Part shown: positions 9,514 through 19,500 of the stretch, piece after piece
How the letters are laid out: every line of letters starts with the position of its first letter
How positions within the stretch are numbered: position 1 is the stretch's first letter
Assembly: GCA_035456405.1 (NCBI GenBank)
Contig: DATIDG010000049.1
Coordinates: forward strand, 144,835-208,834
DNA length: 64,000 nucleotides
Direction: 5' to 3'
From: Burkholderiales bacterium
Lineage (GTDB): Bacteria; Pseudomonadota; Gammaproteobacteria; Burkholderiales; SG8-39
Made by a program: the position numbers and the translations under genes
Notes under the pieces: generated by a model
Told to the model about the DNA's origin: nothing
Databases searched by the model: none
The model's input: only the letters and a program-made list of their open reading frames with translations

Positions 9514-10716
9514 ATGAAGGAATTTCCGCGCATCCAGCGCCTGCCGACGTACGTGTTCAACATCACGGCGGAGCTCAAGATGGCTGCGCGCCGCGCGGGC
9601 GACGACATCATCGACATGAGTATGGGCAACCCCGACGGGCCGACCCCCAAGCACATCGTCGACAAGCTGATCGAGTCGGTGCAGCGCCCGGGCACGCACG
9701 GGTACTCGGTGTCGAAGGGCATCCCGCGCCTGCGACTCGCGATCTGCAACTGGTATCGCCGCCGTTACGGCATCGAGCTCGATCCAGACAAGGAGGCGAT
9801 CGTCACGATCGGCTCCAAGGAGGGCATCGCGCACCTTGCGCTCGCCACCCTGGATCACGGCGACATCGTTCTGGTACCGAACCCGAGCTACCCGATCCAC
9901 ATCTACGGCCCCGTCATCGCGGGCGCCGACATCCGGCACGTGCGCAACACGCCCGACGTCGACTTCTTCGAGGAGCTGGAGCGCGCGATCAAGGAGTCGT
10001 TCCCGAAGCCGAAGATGCTGATCATCAACTTCCCGGGGAACCCGACCGGGCAGTGCGTCGAGCTCGAGTTCTTCGAGCGGATCGTCGCGCTCGCGAAGGA
10101 GCACGACATCCTGGTCGCGCACGATCTCGCGTATGCTGACATCGTGTTCGACGGCTACCGCGCGCCGTCGATCATGGAGGTGCCCGGCGCCCGCGACGTC
10201 GCGGTCGAGTTCTTCACGATGTCGAAGAGCTACAACATGGCCGGCTGGCGGGTCGGCTTCATGGTCGGCAATCGCGAGCTGGTGCACGCACTCGGCCGCA
10301 TCAAGAGCTACCATGACTATGGCACCTTCACGCCGATCCAGGTCGCCTCGATCGTCGCGCTAGAGGGTCCGCAGGACTGCGTCGAGGAGATCCGCGTCAA
10401 GTACCAGCGGCGCCGCGACGTGCTCGTGAAGGGCCTGCACGAGGCCGGCTGGATGGTCGAGAACCCCAAGGCCGCCATGTACGTGTGGGCAGAGATCCCG
10501 GAAGCCTATCGCGCGCTGGGTTCCCTCGAGTTCGCGAAGAAGCTGCTCATGGAGGCCAGAGTGGCGGTCTCGCCGGGGATCGGCTTCGGCGAGTACGGCG
10601 ACACGCACGTGCGGATCGCGATGATCGAGAACGAGAACCGCACCCGCCAGGCCGTGCGCGGAATCAAGGAGATGTTCCGCAAGGACGGCCTGCTCAAGAC
10701 CTCGCGCGCGGCCTAG
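9514..10716 (+). CDS. alaC: Class I/II PLP aminotransferase (AlaC-like alanine transaminase)
   Basis: [17 protein letters not shown] start and PLP-lysine motif [12 protein letters not shown]. It sits in the conserved position upstream of hom-thrC. Confidence 0.88.
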   Translation: MKEFPRIQRLPTYVFNITAELKMAARRAGDDIIDMSMGNPDGPTPKHIVDKLIESVQRPGTHGYSVSKGIPRLRLAICNWYRRRYGIELDPDKEAIVTIGSKEGIAHLALATLDHGDIVLVPNPSYPIHIYGPVIAGADIRHVRNTPDVDFFEELERAIKESFPKPKMLIINFPGNPTGQCVELEFFERIVALAKEHDILVAHDLAYADIVFDGYRAPSIMEVPGARDVAVEFFTMSKSYNMAGWRVGFMVGNRELVHALGRIKSYHDYGTFTPIQVASIVALEGPQDCVEEIRVKYQRRRDVLVKGLHEAGWMVENPKAAMYVWAEIPEAYRALGSLEFAKKLLMEARVAVSPGIGFGEYGDTHVRIAMIENENRTRQAVRGIKEMFRKDGLLKTSRAA

Positions 10717-10734
10717 GGGCCGCGACCGACTCGC

Positions 10735-10951
10735 GGGGATTTACAAGGGGCGCGGCTGGTGAGGCGGAGCAGGGGCCCCAACGCAAGTTGGGGATGCGAC
10801 CCGATAACAGCCGCAAGCGGCCGCCATTCGCCGCGATGTCCGCCTCCGGGGTCAGATCCCCGGCGCAGGCGCCGGGACCCCTCTTCCGCCCTGCGGCGGA
10901 CGCCCCTTGTTCGACAACGGGGGACATACAAGGGGAGTCCCCCCTTGTTCG
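10735..10951. repeat. Nested inverted/direct repeat structure in the alaC-hom intergenic region
   Basis: GGGGATTTACAAGGGGCG (10735-10752) is complementary over 10 nt to CGCCCCTTGT (10901-10910). A second copy, GGGGACATACAAGGGG (10920-10935), pairs locally with CCCCTTGT (10941-10948). CCCCTTGTTCG occurs twice. Confidence 0.55.
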
Positions 10952-11006
10952 TACGAAGGATTTCGGCCGACCGGAAGGCTGGCGTCGCCCTCAAGAAAGC
11001 GTTCAA

Positions 11007-12329
11007 TTGGCTATCCGTCCCATCAACGTCGGGTTGCTAGGCATCGGCACCGTCGGCGGCGGCACCTGGACGGTGCTCGCCCGCAACCGCGAGGAGATCC
11101 AGCGCCGCGCGGGGCGGGAGATCCGCATCGCCATGGTGGCCGACAAGGATCTCGACAAGGCGCGACGCCTGACGGGCGGCGAAGCGAAGTGCGTCGCCGA
11201 CGGCAACGAGGTGGTCACCAGCCCCGACATCGACATCGTCGTGGAGCTGATCGGCGGTTACACGATCGCGAAGGAACTCGTGCTCAAGGCGATCGCGAAC
11301 GGCAAGCACATCGTGACCGCGAATAAGGCGATGCTCGCGGTGCACGGCAACGAGATCTTCGCCGCCGCCCAGAAGAAGGACGTGATGGTCGCGTTCGAGG
11401 CGGCCGTCGCTGGCGGCGTGCCGATCATCAAGGCGCTGCGCGAGGGGCTCACCGCTAACCGCATCGAGTGGATCGCCGGGATCATCAACGGCACGTCGAA
11501 CTTCATCCTCTCCGAGATGCGCGAGAAGGGGCTTGCATTCGCAGACGTGCTGCGCGAGGCCCAGCGGCTCGGTTATGCGGAAGCGGACCCGACCTTCGAC
11601 ATCGAGGGGATCGACGCCGCGCACAAGCTCACGATCCTCGCCGCAATCGCCTTCGGCGTGCCGATGCAGTTCGACAAGTGCTACCGGGAGGGTATCGAGA
11701 AGCTCACGCAGAGCGACATCCGCTACGCCGAGAGCCTCGGCTACCGGATCAAGCTCCTTGGCGTCACCCGTCGCACGCCCGCGGGCATCGAGCTGCGCGT
11801 GCACCCGACGCTGATCCCGGCGCGGCGCCTGATTGCCAACGTGGAGGGCGTCATGAACGCCATCCTCGTCAAGGGCGATGCCACCGGGCCGACCATGTAC
11901 TACGGCGCCGGCGCCGGTGCCGAGCCGACCGCCAGCGCGGTGGTGGCCGACCTCGTGGACATCACGCGGCTGCACACCGCCGATCCGGAGCACCGCGTGC
12001 CGCATCTCGCGTTCCAGCCCGACCGGCTCGCCGCGACCACGATCCTGCCGATGGCGGAGGTCACGAGCTCCTACTACCTGCGGATGCGGGTGCTCGACCG
12101 CCCCGGCGTGCTGGCCGACATCACGCGCATCCTCGCCGACCGCTCGATCTCGATCGACGCGATGATCCAGCGCGAGCCCGAGGAGGGCGAGGAACAGGTC
12201 GACATCATCATGCTCACGCACCAGACCCAGGAGAAGAACGTCGACGCGGCGATCGCCGCGATCGAGTCGCTACAGGTGGTGACGGCGAAGATCACCCGGA
12301 TCCGGCTCGAGGAGCTGGGGCGGAACTAG
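11007..12329 (+). CDS. hom: Homoserine dehydrogenase
   Basis: A TTG at 11007 gives (M)AIRPINVGLLGIGTVGGG, the usual Hom N-terminus, and a typical length of 440 aa. The C-terminus is ACT-like. The track's upstream 174 codons look non-coding. Confidence 0.93.
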   Translation: MAIRPINVGLLGIGTVGGGTWTVLARNREEIQRRAGREIRIAMVADKDLDKARRLTGGEAKCVADGNEVVTSPDIDIVVELIGGYTIAKELVLKAIANGKHIVTANKAMLAVHGNEIFAAAQKKDVMVAFEAAVAGGVPIIKALREGLTANRIEWIAGIINGTSNFILSEMREKGLAFADVLREAQRLGYAEADPTFDIEGIDAAHKLTILAAIAFGVPMQFDKCYREGIEKLTQSDIRYAESLGYRIKLLGVTRRTPAGIELRVHPTLIPARRLIANVEGVMNAILVKGDATGPTMYYGAGAGAEPTASAVVADLVDITRLHTADPEHRVPHLAFQPDRLAATTILPMAEVTSSYYLRMRVLDRPGVLADITRILADRSISIDAMIQREPEEGEEQVDIIMLTHQTQEKNVDAAIAAIESLQVVTAKITRIRLEELGRN

Positions 12330-12340
12330 AGAAAGGCAGC

Positions 12341-12411
12341 CGCAGAGGACACAGAGGAAAGATCCACCGTGGGGTACATCTTCCCTCCTTCACCTCTGTG
12401 ATCTCTGTGGC
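12341..12411. repeat. CACAGAG-type palindromic intergenic repeat, copy 1
   Basis: GCAGAGGACACAGAGG (12342-12357) and CCTCTGTGATCTCTGTGG (12393-12410) are imperfect inverted arms around a 35-nt spacer. A related copy lies at 49983-50054. Confidence 0.6.
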
Positions 12412-12420
12412 TTAGGTTGT

Positions 12421-13836
12421 ATGCGTTACGTTTCCACCCGCGGCGGGATGGCCCCTGCCGCGTTCTGCGAGATCCTGCTCGAAGGGCTCGCGTCCGACGG
12501 CGGGCTGACCATCCCCGAGACCTACCCGCGGGTCGACCGCGCGACGCTCGCTGCCTGGCGCAAGCTCGACTACCGGGCGCTCGCATTCGAGATCCTGTCG
12601 CAGTACATCGACGACATCCCCGCTGCGGACCTCAGAGCCATCGTCGACCGCACGTACACTGCGGGAGTCTTCGGCTCCGACGAAATCACCCCGGTGCGCA
12701 CGTTCGAGCGGGGGCTGTACCTCCTGCAGCTCTCGAACGGCCCGACGGCGGCCTTCAAGGACGTCGCGATGCAGCTGCTCGGAAGCTTGTTCGAGCACGT
12801 GCTCGCCGCGCGCGGCGAGACCCTGAACATCCTCGGCGCGACCTCCGGCGACACCGGCTCGGCCGCCGAGTACGCGATGCGCGGCAAGCACGGCATCCGC
12901 GTGTTCATGCTGTCGCCGCACGGCAAGATGAGCGCGTTCCAGACGGCGCAGATGTACTCGCTCGCCGATCCGAACATCTTCAACCTCGCGGTGCGCGGCG
13001 TGTTCGACGACTGCCAGGACGTCGTCAAGGCGGTGTCCGCCGACCTCGACTTCAAGACGCGGCTGCGGATCGGTTCGGTGAACTCGATCAACTGGGCGCG
13101 GCTCGTCGCTCAGGTCGTCTACTACTTCAAGGGCTATTTCGCGGTGACGCGGGGCGAGGACGACGAGGTCTCGTTCGCCGTCCCCTCCGGAAACTTCGGC
13201 AACATTTTTGCCGGCCACGTCGCGCGCTCGATGGGCCTGCCGATCCGGAAGCTGATCCTGGCGACCAACGAGAACAACGTGCTCGACGAGTTCTTCCGGA
13301 CCGGCGTGTACCGGGTGCGGGCGGCGAAGGAGGTGTTCCAGACCTCGAGCCCCTCGATGGACATCTCGAAGGCGTCGAACTTCGAACGCTACGTGTACGA
13401 CCTGGTCGGCCGCGACCCGGTGCGCGTGCGCGAGCTGTGGCGCCGCGTCGACGCCGGGGGCGAGTTCGATCTCTCCGGCTCCGCGTACTACACGCGGGTC
13501 GGGGAGACCGGCTTCGTCTCCGACTTCAGCACGCACGCCGACCGGCTCGCGACGATCCGGCGGGTGCACAGCCGCTACGGCTACATCGTCGACACCCACA
13601 CGGCCGACGGCATCAAGGTGGGACTGGGGTTCCGCGAGCGCGGCGTGCCGCTCGTCTGCCTCGAAACCGCGCTCGCCGTGAAGTTCGATGGCGCGATTCG
13701 CGAGGCGCTCGGCTTGGCGCCGCCCCGGCCGAAGGCCTACGAGAACCTCGAATCGCTGCCGCAGCGCTTCGAGGTGATCGACGCCGATGCCGAAGCCGTG
13801 AAGCGCTTCATCGCAAGAGCAGCCGGCGTTTCGTGA
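12421..13836 (+). CDS. thrC: Threonine synthase
   Basis: 471 aa starting MRYVSTRGG..., with the PLP-lysine context NGPTAAFKDVAMQLLG. It follows hom. Confidence 0.96.
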   Translation: MRYVSTRGGMAPAAFCEILLEGLASDGGLTIPETYPRVDRATLAAWRKLDYRALAFEILSQYIDDIPAADLRAIVDRTYTAGVFGSDEITPVRTFERGLYLLQLSNGPTAAFKDVAMQLLGSLFEHVLAARGETLNILGATSGDTGSAAEYAMRGKHGIRVFMLSPHGKMSAFQTAQMYSLADPNIFNLAVRGVFDDCQDVVKAVSADLDFKTRLRIGSVNSINWARLVAQVVYYFKGYFAVTRGEDDEVSFAVPSGNFGNIFAGHVARSMGLPIRKLILATNENNVLDEFFRTGVYRVRAAKEVFQTSSPSMDISKASNFERYVYDLVGRDPVRVRELWRRVDAGGEFDLSGSAYYTRVGETGFVSDFSTHADRLATIRRVHSRYGYIVDTHTADGIKVGLGFRERGVPLVCLETALAVKFDGAIREALGLAPPRPKAYENLESLPQRFEVIDADAEAVKRFIARAAGVS

Positions 13837-13837
13837 C

Positions 13838-15490
13838 TCAGAGGTAGCTCCGGTACGTCGGGTCGTACATGCGCGACCTGACGTCCCCGAGAACGTCCGC
13901 TGGCCGCGGGCGTGCAGCGAGCCCGCTCGAATACGCCACCTCCGCCACCGCGGCGGCGATGTGCGCGGACACGTCCCGGACGCGTGCGAGCGGCGGATAG
14001 AGGCTCCCCTGCTCGAGATCCTGCGCGGTAACCTGCTTCGACAGGGCGTGCGCAGCGGCGAGGAACATCCCGTCGGTGACGTGGCGGGCCTTGGATGCGA
14101 TTGCGCCCAACCCCACGCCGGGAAAGACGTACGAGTTGTTGCCCTGCCTCGGCACGTGCGTCCGGCCGTTCACGGTGACAGGATCGAACGGGCTGCCGCA
14201 CGCGAACAGGCCCCGGCCGTCGGTCCAGCGGTACGCCTGCTCGGCGGTGCACTCGGACTTCGAGGTCGGGTTCGAGAGCGCGAACACGATCGGCCGGGGA
14301 TTGATCTCGGCCATCTTGCGCAGCACCGCCTCGGTGAAGGTTCCGCCGACTGCGGCGACGCCGACGATGCCGGTGGGACGCAGCGCCTCGATCGCCGCGA
14401 GGAATTCTCCCACCGGCCGGTGGTCGTGCGCGTAATGCAGCTTGTGCTCGGCGAGGTCGGTCCGTCCCTTCACGACGAGCCCGTGCGAGTCGAAGAGCCA
14501 CAGCCGCTCGCGTGCTGCCGGCTCCGGGAGGCCGTCGGCCTGCATCGCCGTGCACACCAGGTCGGAAATCCCGGTCGCGGCCTCGCCGGCGCCCATGAAC
14601 AGGATCTTCTGGTCGCGCATCCGGCCGCCGGTGACGCGCAGAGCCGACAGGACGCCGGCGAGCGCCACCGCTGCGGTGCCCTGGATGTCGTCGTTGAACG
14701 TGCAGATCCGTTCGCGGTATTTGCGCAGCATGCGGAAAGCGCTGTGGTTCGCGAAGTCCTCGAACTGCACGACCACGCCGGGGAAGAGCTCCTGCGTCGC
14801 GACGACGAACTCCTCGACGAGGGCGTCATAGTCCGGACCGGTCACGCGGCGCTGCTTCAGCCCGAGGTACAGCGGGTCGTCGAGCAGCGCCTGGTTGTTG
14901 GTCCCGACATCGAGAGTGACCGGCAGGGTCCGGCTCGGGTAGATGCCGGCGCAGGCGCTATACAGCGCGAGCTTCCCGACCGGGATGCCCATACCGTTCG
15001 CGCCGAGGTCGCCCAGGCCGAGGATCCGCTCGCCGTCGGTCACCACGATGATGTCAACCTCGCGGTAGGGCCAGTTGCGCAGCACGGTGGCGACGCGGCC
15101 GCGGTCGGCAGCGGTGACGTACATGCCGCGCGGGCGCGTGTAGATGTGGCCGAAGCGCTGGCACGCGAGGCCGACGGTCGGCGTGTAGATGATCGGCTGC
15201 ATCTCGTCCGGGTGCTCGAGCAGCACGCGGTAGAAGAGCGCCTCGTTGCGGGTGTGCAGCGCCTCGAGCCGGATGTACTTGTCGAGCGGATCGGGCACCC
15301 GGCGCAGGTTCTCGAGGATGCGGCCGACCTGCTCATCCTGGGTTGCGACGAGCGGCGGCAGGAGGCCGCGCAGGCCGAGGGCGTCGCGTTCGGCCTCGGT
15401 GAATGCCGTGCCCTTATTGAGCGCGGGATCGCGCAGTAGCTCGATGCCGTGCGGGGTTGCCGGCTTGCCGGCAGCAGCGTTCGTTGGCAT
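13838..15490 (-). CDS. maeA: NAD-dependent malic enzyme
   Basis: 550 aa with LLRDPALNKGTAFTEAERDALGLRGLLPP and FNDDIQGTAAVALAG, which are malic-enzyme signatures. Confidence 0.95.
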   Translation of the reverse strand: MPTNAAAGKPATPHGIELLRDPALNKGTAFTEAERDALGLRGLLPPLVATQDEQVGRILENLRRVPDPLDKYIRLEALHTRNEALFYRVLLEHPDEMQPIIYTPTVGLACQRFGHIYTRPRGMYVTAADRGRVATVLRNWPYREVDIIVVTDGERILGLGDLGANGMGIPVGKLALYSACAGIYPSRTLPVTLDVGTNNQALLDDPLYLGLKQRRVTGPDYDALVEEFVVATQELFPGVVVQFEDFANHSAFRMLRKYRERICTFNDDIQGTAAVALAGVLSALRVTGGRMRDQKILFMGAGEAATGISDLVCTAMQADGLPEPAARERLWLFDSHGLVVKGRTDLAEHKLHYAHDHRPVGEFLAAIEALRPTGIVGVAAVGGTFTEAVLRKMAEINPRPIVFALSNPTSKSECTAEQAYRWTDGRGLFACGSPFDPVTVNGRTHVPRQGNNSYVFPGVGLGAIASKARHVTDGMFLAAAHALSKQVTAQDLEQGSLYPPLARVRDVSAHIAAAVAEVAYSSGLAARPRPADVLGDVRSRMYDPTYRSYL

Positions 15491-15546
15491 GACTCTCCTC
15501 CAGTGCCGCTCCGTCGTTCAGGGACCGTGGCGGCTGCGGCCCGAGG

Positions 15547-16551
15547 TCAGACGTACTCGCTCGTGTACGACTTGAGCGCCTTCATGTAGTTCGACCGCTC
15601 GAACGCGTCCGGATCGGGGCAGGCGCGCTGGCTGAGCGAGCCCTTCATCTGCGCGACCGACTCGTAGTCGCGTTCCCTCATCCAGGTTTCCACGCCCCGC
15701 AGCAGGCCGGTCACGTGCGCGGGGCCCTTGCGGAGCAGGCTGCTCGCGAGCATCACGCAGTCGGCGCCGGCGAGCACGAGTTTCAGCACGTCCTCGGGCG
15801 TGTGCGCGCCGCCGGTGGCGGCGAGGCTCGCGTCGATGCGCCCGTGCAGGATCGCGATCCAGCGCAACGCGAGGCGCAGCTCGTCGGACGTGGACAGCAC
15901 CAGGTGCGGCGCGACCTCCAGCTCCTCGAGCAGGATGTCGGGTTGCACGAACCGGTTGAACAGGACGAGCCCCGATGCCCCGGCGCGGGCGAGGCGGGCG
16001 GCCATGTTGGCCATTGCGCTGAAGTAGGGCGAGACCTTCACCGCGACGGGCACCTTGACCTGGCTCTTCACCGCGGCGACCAGATCCACGTAGCGAGTCT
16101 CCACCGCGGCGCTCGTGTCGTCGGGATCGGTGGCGAGGAAGTAGACGTTAAGCTCGATGGCGTCGGCGCCGGCATCTTCGAAGCGCTGCGCGTATCGCGT
16201 CCAGCCGCCCGGCGTGTGGCCGTTGAGGCTAGGGATCACCGGCACCGAGAGGGACTTCTTCGCATCCGCGATCAGCTGCAGGTACTGGTCGGGGCCGGTC
16301 TCGTACGCGACCTCCGGGAAGAACCCCTGCGCCTCGGGGGAGATCTCGGCGCCGTACAGCATCAGCTTGTGGGCGGCCATCTCCTCGTGCTCGATCTGCT
16401 CCTCGAAGAGCGAGGGAAGCACGACCGCGGCCACGCCGGCGTCCTCGAGCCGCTTGAGGCTCTCGATGGTGCCTGTCAACGGCGAAGCCGAGGCGACGAT
16501 CGGGTTGCGGAGATCGAGCCCGAGGTAACGCGTGCGCAAATTGACGCTCAT
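15547..16551 (-). CDS. Dihydroorotate-dehydrogenase-like TIM-barrel flavoprotein (PFOR-associated)
   Basis: 334 aa starting at the ATG at 16551. LGLDLRNPIVASASPLTG and GGAHTPEDVLKLVLAGADCVMLAS are class-1 DHOD-like FMN-barrel motifs. The start overlaps the PFOR stop (ATGA). Confidence 0.85.
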   Translation of the reverse strand: MSVNLRTRYLGLDLRNPIVASASPLTGTIESLKRLEDAGVAAVVLPSLFEEQIEHEEMAAHKLMLYGAEISPEAQGFFPEVAYETGPDQYLQLIADAKKSLSVPVIPSLNGHTPGGWTRYAQRFEDAGADAIELNVYFLATDPDDTSAAVETRYVDLVAAVKSQVKVPVAVKVSPYFSAMANMAARLARAGASGLVLFNRFVQPDILLEELEVAPHLVLSTSDELRLALRWIAILHGRIDASLAATGGAHTPEDVLKLVLAGADCVMLASSLLRKGPAHVTGLLRGVETWMRERDYESVAQMKGSLSQRACPDPDAFERSNYMKALKSYTSEYV

Positions 16552-19500
16552 GTCTCCAGCTCCTCGCTCGGTGGCCCGGAGGTCACGACGCCCGGCTCCG
16601 CCTCGGCGCCGCTTTCGGATTCGGCCTCCTCCGGCACGACCCGGTGCACGCCGGCCATCTGCTCGTAGTACTGCCAGCGCGCGTCGATGTCGGCCTGGGC
16701 CGCCTTCATCAGCTGCTTCGCACGCTCGGGATCGGAGCGCGCGAGCATCGCGAAGCGGCCTTCCTTCATCGCGAACTGCTCGAACGGAATGGTCGGCTTG
16801 CGCGAGTCGAGCTTCAGCGGCTGGTCGGCGCCGCCCATGCCTAGCCGCGGGTCGTAGCGGTAGAGTGTCAGGTAGCCGCTCTTCACCGCATCCTTCTGGT
16901 GGCTCATCGCGGTCGACATCTCGATGCCGTGCGCGATGCAGTGGCTGTACGCGATGATCAGCGACGGGCCGGTCCACGATGCGGCTTCCCGGAACGTGCG
17001 CACCGTCTGCACCGGGTTCGCGCCCATTGCCACCTGTGCGACATACGCGTTGCCGTAGGCCATCGCGATCATCCCGAGGTCCTTCTTGGCGATCGGCTTG
17101 CCGGCCGCGGCGAATTTCGCCACCGCGGCGCGCGGCGTCGACTTCGACGCCTGGCCGCCGGTGTTGCTGTAGACCTCGGTGTCGAGCACCAGGATGTTCA
17201 CGTTGCGGCCGGAGGCGAGGACGTGGTCGAGGCCGCCGTAGCCGATGTCGTAGGCCCAGCCGTCGCCGCCCACGATCCACACGCTGCGCGTCACCAGGCT
17301 GTCGGCCACGGCGAGGAGCTGCTTTGCCTCGGGGAAGCGCAGCCGCGGAAGGATCGCCTTCAGCGCCGTCACCCGCTCGCGCTGCGCGCCGATCTCCTCG
17401 TCGCTCGCCTGCGGTGCCTGCAGCAGCGCATCGGCCAGGTCCGCGCCGATCTCCGCGCGCAGCTCGCGCACCAGCCGGTCCGCCAGCGCGCGCTGCGCAT
17501 CGAGTGCGAGCCGCATGCCCAGACCGAACTCGGCGTTGTCCTCGAACAGGCTGTTCGACCATGCGGGCCCCTGACCGGCACGGTTCTTCGTCCACGGCGT
17601 GGTCGGGAGATTGCCGCCGTAGATCGACGAGCAGCCGGTCGCGTTGGCCACCAGCAGATGGTCCCCGAAGAGCTGCGTGAGCAGCTTCAGGTACGGCGTC
17701 TCGCCGCAGCCTGCGCAGGCGCCGGAGTACTCGAACAGCGGTTCGCGCAGCTGCGCGCCCTTGAGCAGCTCGATCGCGTCAAACGACGGGCGGAGCTCGG
17801 GCAGCGCGAGGAAGAACTCGTAGTTGCGCCGCTCGACCTCGAGGTGCTCGAGCTTCGGCGTCATGTTGATCGCCTTGTGCTTCACGGCCTCCTTGCTGCG
17901 CGCCGGACAGATGTCCACGCACACGCCGCAGCCGGTACAGTCGTCCGGGGCGACCTGGATCGTGAACGCCCATCCCGCGGTCGGGCCGTCCTTGCGGTTC
18001 CACGTCTGGTGCTGGAAGCCCTTCGGCGCGTCCTTCAACAGTCCGGGCGGATAGACGTTCATGCGGATCGCCGCGTGCGGGCAGACGAGCGGGCACAGCG
18101 CGCACTGTGTGCACACGCCGGTATCCCAGATCGGGATCTCGTGCGCGATGCTGCGTTTCTCCCACCGCGTCGTGCCGGTCGGGAACGTGCCGTCGACCGG
18201 CAGCGCCGACACCGGGAGCAGGTCGCCCTGGCCGTCGAGCATCATCGCCGTGACGCGCCGCACGAAATCGGGCGCGGCCTCGGGCACCGGCGGGCGGCGG
18301 CGGAGCGGGGAGTCGGTGCGCGCCGGGACCCTGACCGGATGCAGCGCGGCGAGCGACTGGTCCACGGCGGCGAAGTTGCGGGCGAGAACGGTCTCGCCGC
18401 GCTTGCCGTAGGTCTTGCGGATCGATTCCTTGATCTCGGCGATCGCCTCTTCGCGCGGCAAGATGCCGGAGATCGCGAAGAAGCACGCCTGCATCACCGT
18501 GTTCAGGCGGCCCGCGAGACCCGCGTCGCGCGCGACCTTCAGCGCGTCGATCACGAACATCCGCAGCTTGCGGTCGACGATCGCGCGCTGCGCCTCGCCG
18601 GGGAGCTTGTCCCACACTTCCTCGGGGCCGTGGGGGCTGTTCAGCAGGAACGTCGCGCCGGGCCGGGCGAGCGCGAGCACGTCGAGCTTCTCCATGAACT
18701 CGAACTGGTGGCAGGCCACGAAGTCGGCCTGGCGGATCAGGTAGGTCGACTCGATCGGCTGCGGCCCGAAGCGCAGGTGCGACACCGTGATCGCGCCCGA
18801 TTTCTTGCTGTCGTAGACGAAGTAGCCTTGCGCGTGCAGCGGCGTGTTCTCGCCGATGATCTTCACCGAGTTCTTCGTCGCGCCGACCGTGCCGTCGGCG
18901 CCGAGCCCGTAGAAGAGGGCACGCGTGACGTCGGGCGGTTCGGTGTCGAAGCTCTCATCCCAGGCGAGGGAGAGGCGGGTCACGTCGTCGACGATGCCGA
19001 CCGTGAAATGGCGTCGGGGCCGCGGCTCGGCGAGCTCGTCGAGCACTGCCTTCGCCATCGCAGGCGTGTACTCCTTGGACGACAGGCCGTAGCGGCCGCC
19101 GATCACCCGCGGGGCGGGCGTCGCCTCGGGCCAGCGCTCCGCGAGCGCGGCGAGCACGTCCTGGTAGAGCGGCTCACCGACCGCGCCCGGCTCCTTGGTC
19201 CGGTCGAGCACCGCGAGGGCGCGGACGCTCGCCGGCAGCGCTGCGACGAAGGCCTGCGCGTCGAACGGCCGGTAGAGCCGCACGGTCACGAGCCCCACGC
19301 TCTCGCCGGCAGCCACGAGCTTGCGCACCGCCTCGCCTGAGGCGCCGATTCCCGAGCCCATCTGCACCAGCACGCGCTCGGCGTCGGGCGCGCCCTGGTA
19401 GTCGAAGAGCCCGTACCGCCGGCCGGTGAGCTGCGCGAAGCGCTCCATGCACTCGCGCACGATGCCCGGCACCGCGTCGTAGAAGGGGTTGCACGCCTCG

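Noticed and set aside
10485-11006. Upstream 174 codons of the hom ORF track and the overlapping ORFs 10759..11040, 10713..11006 and 10694..10927
   Set aside because: Homoserine dehydrogenases start at the GLLGxGxVG fold, which here begins at 11007. The upstream translation is low-complexity, and the DNA is better explained by the inverted-repeat structure.
16899-19340. 813-aa plus-strand ORF, and similar ones at 20910..23516, 38838..41066, 56013..57863 and 47296..49278
   Set aside because: All are mirror frames of well-supported minus-strand genes (PFOR, nfnAB-like, mfd, protease, acyl-CoA ligase). Their composition is typical of antisense high-GC translation, with no recognisable domains or ribosome-binding sites.
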